The notes beneath the pieces were generated by a model. It ran no database searches, was not told the origin of the DNA, and was given only the letters and a program-made list of their open reading frames with translations. The position numbers were made by a program, and so were the translations under genes. Shown here in pieces: positions 1 through 7,324 of a DNA stretch of 10,864 nucleotides. Source of the DNA: Thecamonas trahens ATCC 50062. Taxonomy: Eukaryota; Protista; Apusomonadida. The stretch spans positions 38,708 through 49,571 of the forward strand of contig NW_013657601.1 of NCBI RefSeq assembly GCF_000142905.1, in the 5' to 3' direction. Numbering within the stretch: the stretch's first letter is position 1; each line of letters starts with the position of its first letter.

Positions 1-79
1 CCCCACCCCTACCCCCCCCACCCACACACACACACACGCACCCACCCACCACTCACCACTCACACACACACACGCACAG
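1..79 (+). other. 3' part of a spliceosomal intron of the hcp gene
   Basis: C/CA-rich low-complexity tract with CTCAC branch-like motifs (52-56, 59-63), ending in CACAG at 75-79. Hcp-like coding sequence (PPKVAAQQDLL) starts at 80 in the same frame as ORF 197..1129. Confidence 0.8.
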
Positions 80-1680
80 CCACCCAAGGTTGCGGCCCAA
101 CAGGATCTCCTGGTTGAGCAGCTGAAGCGGATTGCGATCAATGCCGATGCCATCAACAAGGCCGGCGGCTCGCTGCCGCCCGAGGTCGACGCCTTTATGC
201 TCGGCGGCCTTTTTTCCACTCTGACCAACGTCAACTTTGACTCATCCCGCTTTGCCGACTACATCAAGCACGCCGGTGATCTGCACGAAATGACTCAAAA
301 CGTGGCGCTGGCAGCTGGCGCAACCGGAACGACCAAGGCTGTCGGCGTCAAGGCCTACGACGACGAGCAGCTTGGCCTCCTTGCATCGCGGTACTCGGTC
401 CTTGCGCGGCGAGATGCAGTGGGCGACGCGGACCTCAGCTCCGCCATCGAGCTCGGAACATACGCCCTCAAGGGCATGGCGGCGTATGCAGACCATGCGG
501 CCAAGCTTGGTGTCACCGATGACTCTGTCCATGCGTTTATCCACTCGGCGCTGGCCAAGATCGCCCGGGTCGAGTCGGGCGCCGAGTCGGCGACCATGGC
601 CGACATGCTGCAGCACGTCCTTGACATCGGCGGCAAGAACGTCGAGGTCATGGCCATGCTCGACTCTGCGCATCGGACTGCATTTGGTACCCCCACGCCG
701 CGCAGCGTGACCACAACGCCCAAGGAGGGCAAGGCCATCTTGGTCTCCGGCCACGACCTCGCCGATCTCCAAGCGCTGCTCGAGCAGACAAAGGACACCG
801 GCATCCGGGTCTACACCCACGGCGAGATGCTGCCGGCCCATGGCTATCCGGAGCTTGCCAAGTACCGCCACCTCGCAGGCCACTACGGAACGGCGTGGCA
901 GCTGCAGCAGCTCGAGTTTAACCTGTTCCCGGGTGCCATTGTGGTGACGACAAACTGCCTCATGCCGCCGCGGCGCAAGTATGCCAACCGGCTGTTCACC
1001 ACCAACGCCGTCGGCTTTGACGGCATCCAGCACGTGCCATCCACCGACTTTACCCCAGTCATCGAAGCCGCGCTCGCTGCCCGGGCTTCGACGGCTCGGA
1101 GCGGCTTATCGCCCCGGCCCCGGCCATGAACGTCGGCTATGGCCACTCGGCCATCGTTGCCCTCGCCGGCACCATCAAGGACCTGGTCGAGGCCGGCCAG
1201 ATCTCGCGGTTCTTTGTCATCGGCGGCTGCGACGGCTCAGAGTCCGAGCGCTCGTACTTTACCAAGCTTGCCAAGCTCACACCCGCTGACTCGGTCATCC
1301 TCACCGCCGGCTGCGGCAAGTACCGGCTCAACACGCTTCCGCTTGGCGAGCTGAGCGAGACCGGCCTGCCGCGGGTCCTGGACCTCGGGCAGTGTAACGA
1401 TTCGTACGGCGCAGTCGTCGTCGCCAACACCCTTAAGGACGCCTTTGGCCTTGACTCCATCAACGACCTCCCGCTCTCGATCAGCCTCTCCTGGCTCGAG
1501 CAAAAGGCCGTTGCGGTCCTCGCCTCGCTCCTCCACCTCGGGATCCGCAACATCCGCATCGGTCCCTCGCTGCCGGCCTTTGTCACGCCGGCCGTCCTTG
1601 ACGTCCTCGTCTCCGACTTTGGACTCAAGCCCATCGGCAAGCCCGAAGACGATATCGCCGCCATGATGCGCGGGGAGTAG
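80..1680 (+). CDS. hcp: Hybrid cluster protein (prismane protein; hydroxylamine/NO reductase), 5'-partial, split by a 1-nt frameshift at ~1080
   Basis: Hcp motifs in order: VAAQQDLL, LFSTLTNVNFD, YALKGMAAYADHA, FGTPTP, ILVSGHDL, VYTHGEMLPAHGYP, YGTAWQ, TTNC, then in the second frame PGF, VGYGH, IGGCDG, GCGKY, DLGQCNDSY, LSWLEQKA, IRIGP. The hybrid-cluster ligand motifs are all intact. The N-terminal 4-Cys [4Fe-4S] motif is absent and should be in an upstream exon. About 533 aa lie in the window once the frames are joined. Tandem stops TAG TAG at 1678-1683. Confidence 0.95.
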
Positions 1681-1978
1681 TAGCCTGTACCGTGCCGATC
1701 AAGCACGAGGCTGATACCCTCGACGAATTGTAAGTGGGCGCTAGCCTGCGACGACAACTCATATACGCCGGTCACTTTTCCGATCGAGAGAGGCGAGCAC
1801 AGTAAAAGGCCGAGAATATCAAGCCGTTCAGCTAGCAATGCAACTACCGAGCCAGCGTCCGAGAGCTGTTCCCCGTTGTAGCTCCTGCGATAGCATACGA
1901 CGTCGCCCCCGAGATCCCAGAGTGACCCATTATTTTTCTGCCCACGGCAATTTCTCTCGCATTTCCCACACCCTCTCC

Positions 1979-3787
1979 ATGCTCCGCCTCAACCTCTCCC
2001 GAACCACATCGGCCCACCTTCTGCGCCAAGCCTCCCACCTGGCCATCGGTTTTGGCTCGCAAACCGGTACCGCCATGACCTTTGCCGCAGAGCTGTCCAA
2101 GGAAGCTGCCGTCCACGCCCACACGGCCTCGTTAGTCGCCGCCAACGACCTCGTCCCGCTCAACTCGCTGCCACCCGATGCTGTCCTGGTGCTGATCTGC
2201 GCCTCGTGTGGCGAGGGCGAGCCGACCGACAATGCGCGCGAGCTTATGGCCCATCTCGAAGCGACGTCAAGCTCGCTCGATGGCCGCCAATTCGCCGTCT
2301 TTGGTCTCGGCAACTCGGCCGCGTACCCGGAGCGCTTCAACGTGGTAGCCAAAGCACTCCACACACGCCTGGTCGAGCTCGGCGGCGAGCCACTCACCCC
2401 GCTCGGCCTCGGCGACGATGCTGGGCTCAACGGCCACTGGATAGATGACGACTTTGACGCGTGGAAGGACAGCCTGTGGACTGCGTTGAAGACCACGTCT
2501 CAGCCGCCGACCAAGCCCGATGCAGCCCGCGCGCCGGGCGTCGTCATCGCCACCCACGCATCCGATGCCGGCCGAGCCGCGCGCGAGCAATACCACGCCC
2601 ACATCGAGCACTGCCGCGCAAACTTCCCGGTCTCCCTCACTCACCCGGCTCTGCTGAAAACGAGCTGCAACATCGAGCTGCACGCTCCCAACTCGCAGCG
2701 ATCGGCGCGCCACATCGAGCTCGACGCGTCCGCCACCCCGCTGCGCTATGCCACCGGCGACCACGTCGGCATCATCCCGCGGAACTGCTCAGCAAAGGTC
2801 GCCAGAGTTCTCGACATGCTCCAACTTGATCCGCACCAGTTTATCTCGGTTCCTGCCACCCGCAACCCGGCGCACGCCGCGATTGTTCACGGCGAGCTGG
2901 TCGAGGTGCCGACCGCCGTTGCGTCCATCTTTGAGGCACACAAGGATCTGACCGGTCCACCATCGGCGGCAGTGCTGGCGTCACTGGCCGAGCTTGCAGC
3001 CGATCCGGGCGAGGCGGCAGTGCTGGCAGATCGCGCTGCTGCGGCCCGCACCCACGCCACTCTCGACGGCTCCGAATACCGCCCGTCGCTGGCAGACGTC
3101 ATCACCGACGCGCCGTCGCTGGCTGGGCGCCTTGCGCTGGAGAAGCTACTCGACATTGCCCCGCCCATGAAGGCCCGGTTCTACTCGATTGCATCGGCCG
3201 CAGAGGCCAGCCCGACCCAGATTGATCTGACCGTCTCGGTCCTACGCTACGGCCTTTGCTCCAACTACCTGGCCGGCCTCGAGCCCGGCAGTGTCGTCCG
3301 CGCCTTTGCGCGCGACTCAGGCTTCCGACTTCCTTCCGATCCGACACTGCCCGTCATGCTCATTGGCGCCGGAGCAGGCGTGGCTCCGCTGCGCGCCTTC
3401 TGGCGTGCCCGACAGATGTTGCGCGCGCGTGGAGCTGCTCTCGGACCCGCCCATCTGTACCTCGGCTGCGACCGGCGCGGTGTCGACGATCTGTACGCCG
3501 ACGACATTGCTGCTGCGCTTAGTGATGGAGCACTTACCACAGCCACCATTGCCGCGCAGCATGAGCCGAGCCCGTCGGGCGCCGTCTTTGTCCAGGACTA
3601 TCTCCGGCAAGGTGATCACGCCGCCCGAGTCCGGGACCTTGTCGCTGCCGGTGGCTCGATCTACGTCTGCGGGCGCGAAACAACGCTCGGCGTCGGCACA
3701 AAGGCTGCCTTTACCGACCTTCTTGGTAACCAGGTCTTTGATGCCTTTGTTCGATCCGGCCGCTTTGCTCAGGACGTCTTTGCCTGA
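1979..3787 (+). CDS. Diflavin (FMN/FAD) NAD(P)H oxidoreductase, CPR/NOS-reductase/CYP102-reductase-like, 602 aa, intronless
   Basis: Flavodoxin domain: FGSQTGTA, ASCGEGEPTDNA, FAVFGLGNSAAY, GLGDD. FAD domain: RSARHIELD, YATGDHVGIIPRN, RFYSIAS, GLCSNYL. Pyridine-nucleotide domain: FRLP, IGAGAGVAPLRAF, LYLGC, FVQD, IYVCG, C-terminal RFAQDVFA. ATG 1979 is preferred over 1838 because 1838-1978 looks non-coding and 1979 starts ~20 aa before the flavodoxin fold. Confidence 0.92.
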   Translation: MLRLNLSRTTSAHLLRQASHLAIGFGSQTGTAMTFAAELSKEAAVHAHTASLVAANDLVPLNSLPPDAVLVLICASCGEGEPTDNARELMAHLEATSSSLDGRQFAVFGLGNSAAYPERFNVVAKALHTRLVELGGEPLTPLGLGDDAGLNGHWIDDDFDAWKDSLWTALKTTSQPPTKPDAARAPGVVIATHASDAGRAAREQYHAHIEHCRANFPVSLTHPALLKTSCNIELHAPNSQRSARHIELDASATPLRYATGDHVGIIPRNCSAKVARVLDMLQLDPHQFISVPATRNPAHAAIVHGELVEVPTAVASIFEAHKDLTGPPSAAVLASLAELAADPGEAAVLADRAAAARTHATLDGSEYRPSLADVITDAPSLAGRLALEKLLDIAPPMKARFYSIASAAEASPTQIDLTVSVLRYGLCSNYLAGLEPGSVVRAFARDSGFRLPSDPTLPVMLIGAGAGVAPLRAFWRARQMLRARGAALGPAHLYLGCDRRGVDDLYADDIAAALSDGALTTATIAAQHEPSPSGAVFVQDYLRQGDHAARVRDLVAAGGSIYVCGRETTLGVGTKAAFTDLLGNQVFDAFVRSGRFAQDVFA

Positions 3788-4516
3788 TCTGCGCCGCCGT
3801 CGGCCGAGATGTGGCGCTGCAACTTGGAGCAAAGTCAGCACCATCGTCGGCTAGCCCGATCGAAGCGAGCGACTCGAGGTCCCGTGCTCCTTGCCGTCTT
3901 TACCTCGTCCGCCACCGAGCGGTCTGGGGCTGTCGCCTTGGTTGCGTCAATCGTTGTGGTCATCATCGAGTAGCCCGGTGCTCCCATTGCTCGCTTCGAT
4001 TGCCTGCTTACATCCATCGTCCTCGCCTTGCTCGCCGTGCCCACCTCGTCCAACATCGATCCACCCGCCAGCCTTGCTCATCGCTGACCAAGCAAGTGCC
4101 TCGCATGACTTGCCTCCCCCCTCCTCCAGCGCTCATCGTGCTCATCATCGTCCAGCACGGCGCCTTTCAGGTGCAACATGCGCGGCAGGTTTGCTTTACC
4201 ACACACACGCGCGCACACACAACCACACACACAGAGACATACACGCAGATCGAGCCATCGAGCCCTCTTAGCTGAACACAGCCACCACAGTGGCACTGCA
4301 GCGCAACTCGGCTCCGTCACCGCGGCGGCAACTCGGGCATCTAATGGGCGGGGGTCTACGTGTCGGCCGCCGTCACGTGCGGGCGCGCCTGCCACCCCAA
4401 GCCGCAGGCCAAGCAGGTGTCGCGCAGCGTCGGCCGGTGACCTGGTAGTCAAGCATCATCGAGTTGTTCACTTTGAGACGCGCAACAACGCGTCCGAACA
4501 ACCATACCGCAAAGGG

Positions 4517-5146
4517 TTAGTAGACATCGTCGTAGTCATCCTCTTCAACCGCGATGCGATCCGTTTGCTTGTCAGCCACAGGCTGAACATACGGCGAGTT
4601 GTATCCAGCCGGGGCAGGCGTGCCCGGTGTTGCCGGTGTGGGCCCAGCCGCAGCAGGTGCGGCAGCCGTCGATGACGAGCCAAACTGAATGACCATGACC
4701 CGGGGCTCGGCAGCGACCTTGCGCAGAGTGACTTCGAGGACACCGGCGGCATACTCGGCCTCGAGCGAGGCCGGATCAAGATGCAGCTCATCCGGGAGCG
4801 GAATGACGGCATGGAAGGGCCCGGCGTGGCGCGCTTGGGCCACGAATCGGTGCCGCTCGGCAGTGGCAAATGCAGAGCGTTGCCCGTCGACCACCAGGGC
4901 GCCTCCGTCGTACTCGAGCGAGAACGCGTCGTCCGACATGCCAGGCACGTCGACGTAGACGAGGACGTGCCGCTCTGTCTCGACCATGTCGTATGCAGTA
5001 AACTCGGCCGCTTGCCCTGCGTCTGCTGCCATCTTGCGCTGACGTGCAGTGTGGGGCTGTGGGAGACTGGTCGGCCGGACCAACGGCTGACGGGCAGAGG
5101 GGGGGGGGGACAGACGGACCGCATACGGTCGAATGAAGTAGACCAT
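4517..5146 (-). CDS. Small heat-shock protein (HSP20 / alpha-crystallin domain)
   Basis: YDMVETERHVLVYVDVPGM...LVVDGQR...RHAGPFHAVIPLP...LEAEYAAGVLEVTLRK, followed by an IxI-like VMVIQ and a Pro/Ala-rich, acidic tail. The start is taken as ATG 5146 because the longer ORF start runs into the tRNA. A possible in-frame intron lies at 5057-5119. Confidence 0.88.
   Translation of the reverse strand: MVYFIRPYAVRLSPPPSARQPLVRPTSLPQPHTARQRKMAADAGQAAEFTAYDMVETERHVLVYVDVPGMSDDAFSLEYDGGALVVDGQRSAFATAERHRFVAQARHAGPFHAVIPLPDELHLDPASLEAEYAAGVLEVTLRKVAAEPRVMVIQFGSSSTAAAPAAAGPTPATPGTPAPAGYNSPYVQPVADKQTDRIAVEEDDYDDVY
5057..5119 (-). other. Putative 63-nt in-frame intron in the sHSP gene
   Basis: Minus strand reads GCG|GTCCGT, then a poly-C tract, then GCCGAC...CTCCCACAG|CCC. 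This matches the donor-plus-poly-C layout of the other introns. It has no stop and its length is divisible by 3, so it cannot be proven from sequence. Confidence 0.5.
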
Positions 5147-5185
5147 TGAAAAAGGGTTGGTTGTGCAGTAGTTTTCAGCGAAGTG

Positions 5186-5257
5186 GGGCGTGTAGCTCAG
5201 GGGTAGAGCAATGCATTGCAGCTGCATAGGTCGGCGTTTCGATTACGTCCGCGCCCT
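5186..5257 (+). tRNA. trnC-GCA: tRNA-Cys (anticodon GCA at 5218-5220), intronless, CCA not encoded
   Basis: Full cloverleaf: acceptor GGGCGTG/CGCGCCC, D-stem GCTC/GAGC with loop AGGGGTA, anticodon stem ATGCA/TGCAT with loop TT-GCA-GC, variable loop AGGTC, T-stem GGCGT/ACGTC with loop TTCGATT. Discriminator U73 is typical of tRNA-Cys. Confidence 0.93.
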
Positions 5258-5264
5258 TCGCTTA

Positions 5265-5282
5265 TTTTTTTGCTTTTTTTTT
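5265..5282 (+). terminator. RNA polymerase III terminator (two T8 runs)
   Basis: T8 at 5265-5272 and T8 at 5275-5282, starting 8 nt after the tRNA 3' end. Confidence 0.8.
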
Positions 5283-5455
5283 GCCCCTGCCCCCCTCACA
5301 CCAACTAGGTCGGGTCGACGATGAACGAAACGAGTGGAGCGACAGACAACATTCACAACAACGAACAGTTATACCCACACCACGCTCAAAACCGTCTCCA
5401 CCACCACCACCACCACATTACAATACATACACACACCGACACACTGTCCACACGT

Positions 5456-7200
5456 TTACAGATCCTCGAGATCATCCTCATCATCAAGGAGCGCATCCAC
5501 AAGATCGAGCTCATCAACGTCCTCCTCGTCAGCATCCCCCCGAACAACAGCCTTACTCTTGACGTCGGGGTACCGCATCGCCCGCACCGCATCGTCATGG
5601 ATCGAGAAGCAAAAGCTGATCCGCTGCGAGAGCTCGTCGAGCGGCGCAGAGCTCGAGTACACGTCGCCGACCTCGTTGGTCGTCACAACTCCGGTCTCCG
5701 CGTCAACAACCGCGTCCATCACGCCGTCGCGGATGGCCTTGGCCACGATAAACTCCACATCGCCGCGCGACGCGAGCCCGAGCTTGGCCGCAATGTCGTC
5801 AAGCGAGATCCGCGAGTACGCCATGTTGATCTTGCGGAGCCCGGTCCGGAGGACAGAGAGCCGCAGTCGCTTGATGAGCGAGAGCACACGGTCGCCCGCA
5901 AACGTCGCAGCGTGCGCCTCCAGCACCGCGTTGTACCCGTTGAGATCACCCACACGCACCGCGAGCGCGAGCTCCAGATACGGTGCAAGGAGTTCCGCAA
6001 ACTGCGGGTGCCGGAACGTCGCCTTGTCCGGCAGCTCGCCCCGGAGCAGGTACACCACACAGTGCAGCTTGTGGATTGCCGCACGGAACCCGAGTGCCGT
6101 AAACTGCGGCGCCTTGCGCGCTGCTTCGGCGAGGAACTTGTGCGCCTCCTTGTACTTGAGCTGCACAGCCGCAATCCGGCCCATGTAGTAGTGGTACCGC
6201 GCGAGCTGGTTCGACGACGCCTTGCTAGGGAACCGCGAGTTGAGCACAAGCTTGTGTGCCTGGTCGTACTGATCCGCTGCGAGGTACGACCGGAGCAGCG
6301 CGTTGACCACAACCGCAGACACCTCGTCCTCGCCGCGGAGCGACGCCCGCTGCTGCGCCGCAAGCAGCGTCGCCCGCCCCGCTGCCGACGACCCGCAAAG
6401 CTCGTGCGCACGCGCAAAGTAGTAGTACACCTTGCCGGCCAGCGGCACAAGCGTGAACCGCTGCTGCTCCTGCACATACGCCTCCAGCCGCTGCGCAACC
6501 GCCACAGCCGCAACGTGCCGGCCCTCTGCAATGAGGCTCACCACCGCAAGCAGGTGGATGTACACCCGAATCTCCGGGAGCACTCCCTCCACCTCCTCGC
6601 TCGCCACATCTGCATCAGCAAACTCCGCCCCATCAGCATCGCTCCCATTCAGCACTGCCACCAGTCCCACCGCCAGCGGATGCGCCTCTCCCAGCTTCTC
6701 CTTTGCAAACTCGCCCAGCACACTGCCCTCCACCGCAAACCGGAGCGCCACCCCACGAGCCACACGTCCGACATGGCGGGTCGTCTTGTGCGCCACCGTC
6801 CGCTCGAGCTTGGTCACCGCGTCCGCCATCACTACACAAACACCACACACCCGCATCCGCCATGCCGTAAGTAAGGGAAGGAGGGAGGGAGGGAGGGAGG
6901 AAGGGAGGGAGGGGGGGGGGCTTGGTTCTGGTGCTGGCTCTGGTGACCGACGCCCGCCTTCGGTGTCGCTCTTGTGGCCACAGACCAAATTTTGGGTCGC
7001 GCCCAGGCAGGTCGCCCACCTGCGAAGCGGACAAGGGACCGGGGACAGGGGACAGGGGACAGAGGTGGAGATAGGAGGGGGGGGGGGGGGAGGGGGGGTA
7101 CCAAACGCTACGTACGGTCATGAGGGGTGCGCGGGGTCTCCGTAGGGGTGTCAGCGTCAGTCGTCTCGACGTCCATGGGCTCGGCCTCGGTCGATGGCAT
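5456..7200 (-). CDS. RPN3: 26S proteasome regulatory lid subunit Rpn3/PSMD3; exons 7200-7116 and 6831-5456, 486 aa
   Basis: Motifs LPEIRVYIHLL, KVYYYFARAHE, NALLRSYL, SSNQLARYHYYMGRI, A..KAPQ.TALGF, PCI domain (PYLELALAVRVGDL, LIKRLRLSVLRTGLRKINMAYSRISL, EFIVAKAIRDGV) and the C-terminal RISFC..IHDDAVRAMRYP helix. Exon 1 (MPSTEAEPMDVE...TPHD) joins in frame through a phase-1 intron (C|TG = Leu). Confidence 0.95.
6832..7115 (-). other. 284-nt intron of RPN3
   Basis: Donor GTACGT at 7115, poly-C tracts, branch-like TACTTAC about 40 nt from the 3' end, acceptor GTGTAG ending at 6832. Splicing restores the frame. Confidence 0.85.
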
Positions 7201-7324
7201 GGGCGGGTGTCGGGGAGAGGTGTCGTTCCATTGCCTCGACCGTGTCGCTTTGCGCTGCTCACCTCGCTCACATCCCTCACGTCGGTCGGTCGTCGATCAG
7301 CAGTCGTTTACACACAGGAACATA

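Noticed and set aside
1126-1680. Independent 184-aa gene
   Set aside because: It is the C-terminal part of Hcp; similarity in this frame begins at ~1081, upstream of the ATG.
1838-1978. Extended reductase N-terminus from ATG 1838
   Set aside because: Atypical codon usage and a pyrimidine/T-rich, promoter- or UTR-like composition. ATG 1979 gives a more plausible start.
1979-3787. Calling the reductase a nitric oxide synthase or self-sufficient P450
   Set aside because: No heme/oxygenase domain or calmodulin-binding segment is encoded upstream; only the flavin domains are present.
5321-6874. 517-aa plus-strand ORF, and other long antisense or alternate-frame ORFs such as 242..1033, 7127..8323 and 9037..10173
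   Set aside because: Shadow ORFs of real genes caused by high GC and codon bias; they are Arg/His/Pro-rich and have no recognisable motifs.
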